A stretch of DNA of 53,307 nucleotides from Octopus bimaculoides (lineage: Eukaryota), in the NCBI RefSeq assembly GCF_001194135.2, contig NC_068985.1:110811133-110864439 (forward strand), written 5' to 3'. Numbering within the stretch: position 1 is the stretch's first letter; each line of letters begins with the position of its first letter. Position numbers and translations under genes: made by a program. Below are positions 11,837 through 22,694 of the stretch, one piece after another. Below the pieces are notes generated by a model. The model saw nothing but the letters and a program-made list of their open reading frames with translations. It had not been told where the DNA came from and ran no database searches.

Positions 11837-12198
11837 NNNNNNNNNNNNNNNNNNNNNNNNNNNNNNNNNNNNNNNNNNNNNNNNNNNNNNNNNNNNNNNN
11901 NNNNNNNNNNNNNNNNNNNNNNNNNNNNNNNNNNNNNNNNNNNNNNNNNNNNNNNNNNNNNNNNNNNNNNNNNNNNNNNNNNNNNNNNNNNNNNNNNNNN
12001 NNNNNNNNNNNNNNNNNNNNNNNNNNNNNNNNNNNNNNNNNNNNNNNNNNNNNNNNNNNNNNNNNNNNNNNNNNNNNNNNNNNNNNNNNNNNNNNNNNNN
12101 NNNNNNNNNNNNNNNNNNNNNNNNNNNNNNNNNNNNNNNNNNNNNNNNNNNNNNNNNNNNNNNNNNNNNNNNNNNNNNNNNNNNNNNNNNNNNNNNNN

Positions 12199-12364
12199 GG
12201 AGGCCCAACTTTCGGAGTTCTTTTACAGGGTTTAGAAAAACTGAAGGACCGCTTCAACAAGTATGTGAATCTGAGAGGGGAATATGTTGAATAAAATCAT
12301 AATTAACTGACCCTCCTGTACTTTCTTTTACCCAAACCCAGGAACTGTTCAGTCCCCACCCTCG
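12199..12364 (+). mobile_element. Right end of a mariner element (CGAGGG-type TIR)
   Basis: Transposase C-terminus GLEKLKDRFNKYVNLRGEYVE*, then a TIR-like end CCCAGGAACTGTTCAGTCCCCACCCTCG and TA at 12365-12366. The rest is in the gap. Confidence 0.85.
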
Positions 12365-12388
12365 TATACACATACATACATACATACA

Positions 12389-12456
<68 letters not shown>

Positions 12457-12567
12457 CGTGTTTACCGAACAATCTATAGACAGTATCATAACCAGCATTA
12501 GATTAAAATAGCAATGTGAATAGCATTTATGATGTATATACGTTTTAATAAATACCGAACAGATTAA

Positions 12568-12777
12568 GGTGGAGAGCTGGCAGAATCTTTCGGCCGCCAG
12601 GCAGAATGCAAAGCGTCATTTCGCCCGTCTTTACGTTGTAGGTTCAAATCCTTTCCTTTGCGTTTCATCTTTTTTTTTCGGGGTCGATAAAATAAATACC
12701 AGTTGAACTCTGGAGTCTATGTAATCGACTTAGCACCTCCTCGAAATTCGTGGGCTTGTGCCAAAATTTGAAACAAC
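12568..12777 (+). mobile_element. Family B SINE (Deu/Nin-like central domain)
   Basis: GAGAGCTGGCAGAATC...GGTTCAAATCC...TTTCGGGGTCGATAAAATAAATACCAG...GGGCTTGTGCCAAAATTTGAAAC. Confidence 0.85.
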
Positions 12778-12789
12778 CAATATACATAA

Positions 12790-13760
12790 AAAAGGTCAAC
12801 TAACTTTTATCATGTCCAACACTACAATTTTGACCAAAATGTTTAATCTCTCAGCATTATTATCTGAAAACACTTTCGTTCACTCTCTAAATATTTACCT
12901 TCCATATTTATAGATTTCAATCATATTTTTGTGTTTGGTCTATCTTGTCACATTTTTGCCAAGACTATTTCCTTCTTTCTCATAGTTGACTACAATTTTA
13001 ACCTTTTCTAATTAAGTACCTTCCCTAATATTCCCACATTATTTCTTCCCTTTTATTTCATTCGAAAGCATACTTCGTATTTATCCGAGAGCAAAATAAA
13101 GCAGGTGATTAATTCTGTCTTAAGGCAAACTAAATCTTCTCCTTTATTCAGCCTCGGATATGCATTCCGTAAATTATTCAATTGTATATAATACCAAAAA
13201 CAAAAGAAAATCAGGGGACAAATTGTTTAATACCTTATTGGAATTTGGATTTACATGGATTAACATGGAGTTCTAAGCACGGGTTAACCGTTATGCTCTC
13301 TTATTCAGAATAGTAATTCTTCAATATATTTAAATTTCATATTCATTTAATTTCATTTCAAATATCAATCCGTCCATCCATTTGCATATTTAACCTTCTA
13401 AGCTATTACTCATAATTTTAATATGTTTCTTCATCTTCAGCTATTATTCCATTGTTGTCTTAATTTTTATATAACCTCAGCTTTCTTCTTCTCTCACTAA
13501 ACCTCCTTTCATAATACTTCACCAGTTCTTCCATCTAAACGTCCGTAATATTTTAATTCCGCCAATTATTTCACTAACATAATCTTCGCACGCAATACTT
13601 TTAAAACATGAAGTCGCATTTCCAATATTTATATTATATATACACCAGTAACAATCTGAAGTTATACATTTGCATCTATTATACAATGTATATTTTAAAA
13701 CATCCATATTGAATTCTTTAACATATTGTTATCCCCAATTCGACTTCGAAAAATGTTTAT
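12790..13760 (-). mobile_element. Second piece of the decayed AT-rich LINE-like repeat
   Basis: Reverse complement GATTATGTTAGTGAAATAATTGGCGGAATTAAAATATTACGG matches 8529 GATTATATTAGTGAAATAATTGACTGAATTTAAAAATTACAG; GAAACATATTAAAATTATGAGTAATAGC matches 9246 GAAACATTAAAATGATGAGTAATAGC. Extent left of 13260 is uncertain. Confidence 0.55.
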
Positions 13761-13807
13761 TTACATAGAAAACATTTTCTTTTAATAATACTTCTTCATA
13801 GCTAATC

Positions 13808-14184
13808 TGGTGCCAAAATCTGAAACCAATATTGCATTTTGATAATGCAGCGAGCTGGCAGAAACGTTAGCACGTCAGGCGCAATGTTTAGCGGTATTTC
13901 GTCTGCCGTTACGTTCTGAGTTCAAATTCCGCCGAGGTCGACTTTGCCTTTCATCCTTTCGGGGTCGATAAATTAAGTACCAATTACGCACTGGGGTCGA
14001 TATAATCGACTTAATCCCTTTGTCTGTCCTTGTTTGTCCCCTCTATGTTTAGCCCCTTGTGGGCAATAAAGAAATAGGTATTTCGTCTGCCGCTACGTTC
14101 TGAGTTCAAATTCCGCCGAGGTCAACTTATCCTTTCGGGGTCGATGAAGTAAGCACCAGTTACGCACTGGGGTCGATGTAATCG
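13808..14184 (+). mobile_element. Head-to-tail family B SINE cluster (3' remnant + full copy + 5'-truncated copy running into a gap)
   Basis: 3' remnant GGTGCCAAAATCTGAAACC at ~13810; full copy 13848-14075; second unit restarts at GGTATTTCGTCTGCCG directly after AATAAAGAAATA. Confidence 0.9.
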
Positions 14185-14399
14185 NNNNNNNNNNNNNNNN
14201 NNNNNNNNNNNNNNNNNNNNNNNNNNNNNNNNNNNNNNNNNNNNNNNNNNNNNNNNNNNNNNNNNNNNNNNNNNNNNNNNNNNNNNNNNNNNNNNNNNNN
14301 NNNNTTATCAAATATGAAAGACTTCGTGGTTTGAACACTGCGCTCACAATCTTACGATCGCTGTTTCACTCCTATTTATTACTGTTATTAAAATTCCTA

Positions 14400-14655
14400 C
14401 AGTCACCTTCACATTCCATGACTACCATTGGGATCGATCAGGTACCGGAAAAGGATTCTGGATTATTTTTCCGTTTTTTTTTGTTTTTTTTTTAACTTAA
14501 TTTTTGAGAGCGTTCGAGTTCATTTTTAGTATTCTCGTTTGTGAGAGCAGTCGAGTTTATTTCAGATATTCTCATTTTAAAAACCATCTCTGGCTAACTG
14601 TTGAGGGGACGTTGGTGCTACCTTGGTGGAGGTTTGCGCTCTCTGAGTGCACTTA
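14400..14655 (+). mobile_element. Helentron/HINE-like non-autonomous element, 3' part
   Basis: Ends CCTTGGTGGAGGT + hairpin GCGCTC-TCT-GAGTGC + T-rich flank, the layout remembered for HINE/DINE-type ends. Paralog at 18072-18225. Confidence 0.55.
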
Positions 14656-14811
14656 TTTATTTACTAATATATTTATCGATCTACATTATCTGATTGCATC
14701 TCCGATATATTTGCCTTCCAGTTATACACTACTTAATGTTTTTTTCTCGTTACGTCCCAGAGGGTAATTATGCCAATAATATTATTATTAATAGTCAATT
14801 AGTTAATACTT

Positions 14812-15074
14812 CAGAGGAGTCGCGTGGCTTAGTGGTCAGGGTGTCAGTATCATGATCGTAAGATTGTGGTTTCGATTCCTGGACCGGGCGTCACGTTGTG
14901 TTCTTGAGCAAAACACTTCATTTCACGTTGCTCCAATCCACTTAGCTGGCAAAAATGAGCAACGCTGCGATGGACTGGCGTCCCGTCCAGCTGGGGAACA
15001 CATACGCCATTGAAACCGGGAAACCGGACCCATGAGCCTGGCTAGGCTTTAAAAGGGCGCATTTATTTGTTTTT
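14812..15074 (+). mobile_element. Full-length family E tRNA-derived SINE with 14-bp TSD
   Basis: A-box TGGCTTAGTGG, B-box GTTTCGATTCC, CORE-like TTCTTGAGCAAAACACTT, central CTGCGATGGACTGGCGTCCCGTCCAG. TSD ATTAGTTAATACTT at 14798-14811 and 15075-15088. Confidence 0.92.
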
Positions 15075-16039
15075 ATTAGTTAATACTTAATCCATTGACT
15101 AATCGCTTGTTTAGTCAGTCGCTCGGTCGATCAATCAATCGATCAATCAATCAATCATTCGTTTAATCAATCAGCTGAGGTTGTCAGAGTCCTTACTCTA
15201 GCTCGATTTCTTTTATTTAGGCACATGGCCTTTATAAAGTGGGGACACCACAAGGACAGACAAAACAATACATTGGGGGTACATATAAATACATGTCGGA
15301 TGAATTCTGAATGATTAAAATGAGGATGAAATGGCTTACTCGCCCTTTAAAGCAATCAGTTCCATTTTACTGATTTTAAAATACAGTTTTTTTTACTTTA
15401 CAGTCTTTTATTTTTTTAACTCAACGAATACTTTACAATATCATCAAAAATTTCAACAGGCGGCAGTTCGTCGTATCTAAACTGCAGTAGGGATACTTCA
15501 ACTCCTTTTTTTTTATTTTCCAAACAGTTGTATCAATCTCTCCCCTCTTTCTCTCTCCAATAGTACACCTTTCTTACCTTCTTGGTTTCCAATTTTACTG
15601 TGATAACATTTTTCATCTTTGTTATCCACTTTTTGATTTCAACACTTCTTTCGTACTCGTTGCTTTAGGTCTGCGGCTGCTCTACCAGTCTGTCTGTCTG
15701 TCTGGTTGCCTACCTGTCTGTCTGTCTCCCTACCTGTCTGTCTGTGAGTTTCTTAGTTTACAAATTCTATATTTATATTAATATTTAAACGTGAATGAGA
15801 ATGAATGTGAGAGAGAAAGAAAGAGAGAGGGGGAGAGAGAATGTGTGTGTATGTGAATGCGAGTGCATATGTGTGTGCGATCTGCTGTGTGTCTGTGTGT
15901 ATGATTGTGTGCACACACTGGTGTGCATGTAAATGTGTGCATATGAACGTGTGTGTGTGTGTTTGCGTGTGAGAGAAAGAGAGAGTGTGTGTGTTTGTAT
16001 GTGTGTGCGTGTATATTGACTTTATCAATTATTACACGG

Positions 16040-16230
16040 CTTCCAAGATAGTTTTAAAATATTCTCCTTCAACTATACACACTTCTTTCAACCACTTCCA
16101 TTAGAATTTCCCACTCGAGTCCTTCTTGAATACTCCACACTAACAGCTAGGTATTTTCCAAACCCATCACACCTAAATCCTATACAAACCCTTTTAAAGA
16201 ATTTTAGTTTTCACTCATCACAATGCACTG
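16040..16230 (-). mobile_element. Third piece of the decayed AT-rich LINE-like repeat
   Basis: Reverse complement TATAGGATTTAGGTGTGATGGGTTTGGAAAATACCTAG matches 7886 TATAGGATTCAGGTGAGATGGGTTTGAAAAATATCTAG. Confidence 0.6.
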
Positions 16231-16515
16231 ATATCTTTTTGAAATTAAAAAAAAAATTTTCTCTGTATATTTTATTTCTTTCACTTATGTTTCACCACCC
16301 TTCCCCTTTATCTCTGTTATATACTGTCGATTATATTCTGGTGAATTCATTCATTCATACACATATATATATGTGCATGGTGTCTGTGTGTTATTAAGTT
16401 TGCTAATGTACGTTTTTCTTACGTCAACGTATATATATAAAAACAGTTTAATGTTAACTGAAAGATTACTCAATACTTTTAAGACGGGTACATATTTATT
16501 TTGCAATTACATATA

Positions 16516-17735
16516 TTGGGTCACCCCATAAATAATGAGGTTTTTTAATACTTCTTTTATTTTTCAAATCTAAGATAAACAAACTTCTTTTTTAATCTAA
16601 ACTGAAATATACTCTCCTTCATTTTCTACAATGCTCTTCCATCTATCTGGTAGACTTATAAGGCCCTTCTTTCAAAATTCACTTGTCCGTGACGAAAAAT
16701 ACTCCTCCAGTGTTGTTCTGACCTTGTCTACACAATTCATATTTTTTCCGTCCAAATGATTTTACCGATTACGGAATAAATGATAATTAGATGGGGTTAT
16801 GTCCGGTGAATATGGTGGGTGGGTCATCGTTTCTCATTCAAACTGCTCTCGCCTTTGGAATGTCATCCTCGCTGTATGTGGCCGAGCATTATACTGATAG
16901 AAGAACGCCTTTCGTCTTGAAACCAAAGATGATCGTTTTTCTTCTAGCGCTGACTTAAGCCGCTCAAGCTGTTCGCAGTACATCTATGTTATCGTTTGCT
17001 TTGGGTTTAAAAGTTCAAAGTGGATTAAACCTTTCATGTCCCATCAAACAAATAACAACAATTTACGTGAGTGAAAAACCTTCTTTAGCCTGGGGGTGCC
17101 GGTGCTTTTCCTTTCCCTACCTGCCGGTGTTTCTTCTTTCCTGGCATTTTTATAGAGAACCCATTTCTCGTCACCAGTCATTATTCGGTCCAAAAATGGT
17201 TCATTCGTGAGACGTGACAGCAAAGAAGAGCACACATTCACCCTCTGCGCATAATTATACTTGGAAAGTTTGTGAGGAACCCATTCATCCAATTTGCTGA
17301 CTTTTCCGATGGGACGCAGGTGTCAATGAATGGTTGAATGACCAAATCCAAGCTTCTCTGCTAGTTCCTCAACAATTACGATGGGATTTTGTTCCACCAA
17401 AGTTTGCAGGATGTCCTCGTCGAGCTCTACAGATCTTCCAGGATACGTCTCGTCTTCTAGGGCGTAGTTTCAGGCTCAGAATTTCTGGAACCACCATTGA
17501 CAATGGCTTACGATTATTGTCTGATCCCCTTATACTGCATTTCGTTGCGTTGTTGACTTTATTGAACTAATAAAGCATAATTTGCCGAATAGGCTTTATT
17601 CACTTTCATTATAGCTTTGAAAAAATAATTTTTGAAATCGAACTGCACGCTTCAAAACTTGCACTAAGAATAAGGACAAGGTAAAATTACTACTCACACA
17701 TTTTCAGCACTGAACATTATCATTCCATTTCCATT

Positions 17736-17737
<2 letters not shown>
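16516..17737 (-). mobile_element. Near-full-length mariner element (one TIR visible)
   Basis: TA at 16514-16515 + TIR-like TTGGGTCACCCCATAAATAATGAGG; contains a transposase pseudogene. The other TIR was not found before the (CA)n tract. Confidence 0.88.
16597..17609 (-). pseudogene. Mariner DD34D transposase pseudogene
   Basis: WVPHKL, FLDRIMTGDEKWVLY, YQYNARPH (catalytic D>Y), HPPYSPDITPSNYHLF (catalytic D>N) with 34-residue spacing, LPDRWKSIVENEGEY. Several stops and frameshifts. Confidence 0.92.
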
Positions 17738-17777
<40 letters not shown>

Positions 17778-18071
17778 ACACACACACACAAACATACCTT
17801 TCTTTTACACACACATATACACTCACACTTCAACCGCCGTTTATCGGCTTTTTCATTCCTTCCTTCGTTATTCATCTATCACCCCTTTCTTTCTCATTCA
17901 TACGACGCTCTCTTTGCCACTTCGTTTCGTCTTTCTCATTGTCATTACTTTCTCTCATTCCCTCTCATTCATGGCTATTACTCTCACTACGTCTCCTTCA
18001 CTGTATTAATATGTCATCCTTTCTCTCTTCAACTCTCACTCAGTATATATATTTATTTTGATTATCTTTCT

Positions 18072-18225
18072 GTCTGAGAGCGGCCGGGTTCATTTTTAGT
18101 ATTTTGGCCTGTGAGAGCAGTCGATTTTATTTCAGATATTCCAATTTTATAAATCATTTCCGGTTAATCGTTAAGAGGATGTTGATGTTACCTTGGCGGA
18201 GGTTTGTATCTCTTGTGTGCTCTTG
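18072..18225 (+). mobile_element. Second Helentron/HINE-like 3' end
   Basis: About 150 bp similar to 14505-14655; ends TTACCTTGGCGGAGGTTTGTATCTCTTGTGTGC. Confidence 0.55.
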
Positions 18226-18354
18226 TTTATATTTTCCTTACTTTACATGTATATGTAAAGTTTCACACGAACGCACATACACACATATGCTCACACATTT
18301 TCAGCGCTGAACATTACCATCCCATTTCCATTGGACACACACACACACACACAT

Positions 18355-18396
<42 letters not shown>

Positions 18397-18525
18397 GACA
18401 AGAATTCTACCAACAGTATATTGGATAGATACTATCCCTTAGTTGGTTGGATTCACAACCTCTTACTCTCTTTGAATTATATGTATGTATGTAATGCTAA
18501 TCCCTGTATATTTATGATGATAAAT

Positions 18526-18618
<93 letters not shown>

Positions 18619-19213
18619 AATATATACATATATATTCATAAAATAAGGATAAAAATAACTTTAACGATAATGGTAAATAAGTAAATCAAATATTAGTATA
18701 ATATTTTTACTCCTCGTCAAGAACTCGCATTATCTGCGGTCCTATGTTTGATATAAATACATATGGTCATTGCGTGAGGATTTTAATAGGACTTTTTCGA
18801 ATCTATACTTGCAAATGTTCGTAAATAGACGTGCAAACTCGCTTTGTTATGGGTATTGTATAAACACTCGTTCGTATATTTTTTGCATATATTTCGCTGA
18901 AGATAGAAGAAAATCTATTTAAGATTTTGAATTTTGAAATTAGCTAATTCGCAATTGATGTGGCGTCTTTTTAAATATCCGTTCACTAGTCCGCTTTCTG
19001 TCGCATGTATTTATGAAGTTTTTTTCGATAGCTTCGTAATGCTTGGACTTTAATTCGGCATGGAGAGGAAATAAGCTTTGTTTTGATTTCCTCCTTTAAA
19101 ATAATTGTCTCTCTCTCTATATATATATATATAATTATTGATTTTATATATACATATACAAATATATACATATACAAATATATAAATAGACAACGCTCAT
19201 TATTATATTAGGA

Positions 19214-21200
19214 CATGGGTCACCAAACTACGGTCCCGCGATGTCAATTTGTCCGGCTCGCCGTTGTATGCTGAAAAAAAAACATGCTTTTATACTGCTT
19301 CATACACTTCTTAGATTACGTATGTGTTATGTATACTGAGTCAGTTACGTCACGCGCTGTGTATTTCATGCGTCATAATTACTACAGTACATCATGTATG
19401 CCTCGGGCTAGTCAGTTATTAGTGATTACAATTAAAACGAGAACATCTGACGCCAACGCCTAAGACTGCTTCTGTTTTTTCTTCACCCATCGTTATGGCT
19501 ACTAAGAAGAGAAAGGTTGATGATGAATGTCGCATATTCAATAAAGAATGGGGAGAAAAGTACTTCTTTGTGGAAACAAACGATCAGAAACCTAGTTGCG
19601 TGATATGCAACGGAAGTGTTGCTGTTCTGAAAGAGTACAATATTCGTCGTCACTACGAAGCAAAACATCTCTCAACACATTCTGAATATTCTGGAAAGTT
19701 GCGGTCCGAGAAATTTGAATCTATGAAACGTAGTTTGGAATCTCTAAGAAATTTCTTTATTAAAAAGTTTGTTGAAAACGAATCTATCATTCGTGTAAGT
19801 TACAAAATAGTGAATAAGCTGGCAGAGTGAGGAAAACCATTTACTGACAGAAACTTTATAAAAGAGTGCATGATGGAAGCAGCAAATGTCTTGTGTCCTG
19901 AAAACGCTAACATATTTGGCTGTATCAGCCTTTCAGCAAATTTAGTTGTGCCGAGAATAGAAGAACTTGGAGAGGATACACATTTACAGGTACATGAGAA
20001 AGCTAATAAATTTTTGTGGTATTCTCTTGCAATGGATGAGTCTACTGATCTCTCTGGTACGTCACAGCTTCATGTGTTCATTCGTGGTGTTAATTGCAAC
20101 TTTGAGATCATAGAAGAAATGGCATCCGTTTGCAGTATACATGGAACAACAACTGGAGAAGACATTCGCATAAAGGGGCAGAAAACTTTGCAAAACCTTC
20201 AGTGGAATCAGCTTCGGTGTGTTTCAGTCGATGGAGGAAAAAACATGGTAGAGTGAGGAAGGGTTTGGTGGGGCGGATCCAGACCAAGTTGGAAGAGCTT
20301 CAGCTTCCGAAAGCTCTGTTTATACACTGCATTATACATCAGCAAGCACTCTGTGGAAAACGCTTATTTCTTGCGTACTAAAACCGGTTACAACTGTGGT
20401 GAACTTTATTCGGAATCATGGGCTTAATCTCCGACATTTCCAGGCTTTCCTTGAAGAAGTGGATTCTAATTTCTGTGACTTGCCTTACTACACAGAAGTG
20501 AGGTGGCTCAATTGTGGTAAAGTCCTGTTTCGTTTTTATAAGCTCCAAAGAGAAATAGATCTTTTTCTCACCAAAAAGAAGAGAGCTGATCCAAAGCTGT
20601 CAGATCCTCCATGGTTATCAAAGTTGTCATTGTTAGTTGACGTTACTTCTCACATGGATGAATTGAATTTAAAACTACAAGGAAAGAATAACCTTGTCTG
20701 TGATCTCTACGGAATTATTACAGCATTTCGGAGAAAGCTATCATTGTTTGAAGCACAACTTGAAAGAGAAAACTTCTTTCATTTTCAGTGTTTGCAAGAG
20801 TTTTACACAGAAAATGTGGAACATGTTAACCTCGAGTTTCAGAAAAAAATTATTCGGGACTTAAATAAGCATTTTTTCTCAAAGATTTTCAGATCTTGAC
20901 AGAATTGAGAATGAAATTCTTTTGTTTGAGAATCCCTCTGGCGATAATCTTGATAACTTGCCAACTGAACTACAACTGGAGTTTATTGACTTGCAAGCTA
21001 ATACCTTGTTGAAAGAGAAGCACAGAGAAGGAAAACTCATTGAATTTTATCGCTGTTTGCCAGCTCATGAATTTTCAAAATTGAAAAAATTTGCCTCGGG
21101 TATGGCATCAGTTTTTGGAACAACTTATGTTTGTGAGCAAACTTTTTCAAAAATGAAGTGTGTGAAGTTAATATATCGAACAAGGCTCAGTGATGAATAT
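19214..21200 (+). mobile_element. hAT transposon, Buster/Charlie (SPIN-like) group; left end intact, right end lost
   Basis: Left TIR-like CATGGGTCACCAAACTACGGTCCCGCG preceded by the 8-mer TATTAGGA (NNNTANNN Buster-type target). Contains a near-complete transposase; truncated at a SINE fragment. Confidence 0.88.
19495..21200 (+). pseudogene. hAT (SPIN/GTF2IRD2-like) transposase pseudogene, ~570 codons
   Basis: MATKKRKVDDECRIFNKEW, zinc-finger CVIC...RRHYEAKH, AMDESTD, VDGGKNM, HCIIHQQALC, EVRWL, TTYVCEQTFSKMK in order. In-frame TGA at 19828 and at least three frameshifts split it across ORFs 19495, 19870, 20130, 20396 and 20922. Confidence 0.93.
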
Positions 21201-21202
21201 TT

Positions 21203-21294
21203 AGTCGATAAAATAAGTACCAGTTACGCACTGGAATCAATCTAATCGGCTTAATATCTTCCCCCAAATTTGAGGCCTTGTACTTCCAGTAGAA

Positions 21295-21295
<1 letters not shown>
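21203..21295 (+). mobile_element. Family B SINE 3' fragment
   Basis: GTCGATAAAATAAGTACCAGTTACGCACTGG...GGCCTTGTAC followed by (ATT)n. Confidence 0.8.
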
Positions 21296-21344
<49 letters not shown>

Positions 21345-21367
21345 CATTATTATCATTATTATTCTTA

Positions 21368-21419
<52 letters not shown>

Positions 21420-21679
21420 NNNNNNNNNNNNNNNNNNNNNNNNNNNNNNNNNNNNNNNNNNNNNNNNNNNNNNNNNNNNNNNNNNNNNNNNNNNNNNNNN
21501 NNNNNNNNNNNNNNNNNNNNNNNNNNNNNNNNNNNNNNNNNNNNNNNNNNNNNNNNNNNNNNNNNNNNNNNNNNNNNNNNNNNNNNNNNNNNNNNNNNNN
21601 NNNNNNNNNNNNNNNNNNNNNNNNNNNNNNNNNNNNNNNNNNNNNNNNNNNNNNNNNNNNNNNNNNNNNNNNNNNNNNN

Positions 21680-21717
<38 letters not shown>
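21296..21717. repeat. (ATT)n microsatellite spanning a gap
   Basis: ATT units on both sides of the N-run; source of the poly-Tyr/Ile/Asn ORFs. Confidence 0.9.
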
Positions 21718-21722
21718 CAAAC

Positions 21723-21932
21723 GCGGCGAGCTGGCAGATTTGTTAGCGCACTGGACGAAATGCTCAGCAGTAATCACCCCACCCCGCTACGTTCTGAGTT
21801 CAAATTCCGCCGAGGTCGATTTTGCCTTTCATCCTTTCAGGGACGATAAAATAAGTACCAGGTGAACACTGGGTTCGATGTAATCGACTCATTCCCACCT
21901 CTCCCAAGCTGCCCTTGTGGCAAAAATTTGCA
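21723..21932 (+). mobile_element. Family B SINE
   Basis: GCGGCGAGCTGGCAG...GAGTTCAAATTCCGCCGAGGTCGATTTTGCCTTTCATCCTTTC...; flanked by (ATT)n and (AAT)n(GAT)n. Confidence 0.9.
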
Positions 21933-22190
21933 ATAATAATAATAATAATAATAATGATGATGATGATGATGATATTGTTATTGTAACATACATAGCTCGC
22001 ATTGTTTTCATAAGCTATCGACTTGAAATCACTAGAATTTCGTCAGACCATATATCGCTTCCCCCACCTCTCAGTGATGCAGAACAGCATGAAATCTGTT
22101 ATTACAGAATGTTCAGTGTCTTTTGTGCCGCACCTTAACACGCATTTTCTCTTTTTATCATCCTATTTTCCATACATCCACATCATTAAA

Positions 22191-22214
22191 TTAGGGTTAG
22201 GTTTAGGGTTAGGG
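22191..22214 (+). repeat. Short interstitial TTAGGG-like tract
   Basis: TTAGGGTTAGGTTTAGGGTTAGGG. Confidence 0.8.
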
Positions 22215-22254
22215 CAGTCAACTGACAGAGTCACTAACGCGCCGGTTTGATTGG

Positions 22255-22385
22255 TTTGCCGCAAACCTTCCGGTTCTCTGCTCTATGAGCTCTGAGTTCA
22301 AATCACACGAGGTCAACTGTCTCTAATCAATGAATAAACGTATGACTACTGAACCAGGGTCAATTGTACCCTTCAGCTAACTCTT
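22255..22385 (+). mobile_element. Degraded family B SINE fragment
   Basis: CTCTGAGTTCAAATCACACGAGGTCAACT...CTGAACCAGGGTCAATTGTA. Confidence 0.5.
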
Positions 22386-22479
22386 CCTTCCGTCTATCTC
22401 TACATTCTGTTCGAAGAAATCAGGCGTGGAGAGATCTGGAGAAGGATGCGTTCAGTCACATGTAAAATAAATAGTCCTT

Positions 22480-22694
22480 TCAACAATAGGCACAAGGCCT
22501 GAAATTTGGGGAAGGGAGGCTAGGGTTAGTCGATTTAATCAACTCCAGTACGTAACTGGTACTTATTTAGTCGACCCCGAAAGGATGAAAGGCAAAGTCA
22601 ACCCCGGCGGAATTTGAACTCTGAATGTAGCGGCAGACGAAATGCCGCTAAACATTTCGCCCGGCATGCTAACGATTCTGCCAGCTCGCCGCCT
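22480..22694 (-). mobile_element. Family B SINE
   Basis: CGACCCCGAAAGGATGAAAGGCAAAGTCAACCCCGGCGGAATTTGAACTC...TTCTGCCAGCTCGCCGCC is the reverse complement of the family B layout. Confidence 0.92.

Noticed and set aside
16597-17609. SETMAR-like functional gene (also 39733-40728)
   Set aside because: No SET domain is visible, and there are stops, frameshifts and mutated catalytic residues.
19495-21245. Domesticated GTF2IRD2/EPM2AIP1/ZBED-like host gene
   Set aside because: It has a TIR, a premature stop and multiple frameshifts not explained by splice sites; it is a dead transposon.
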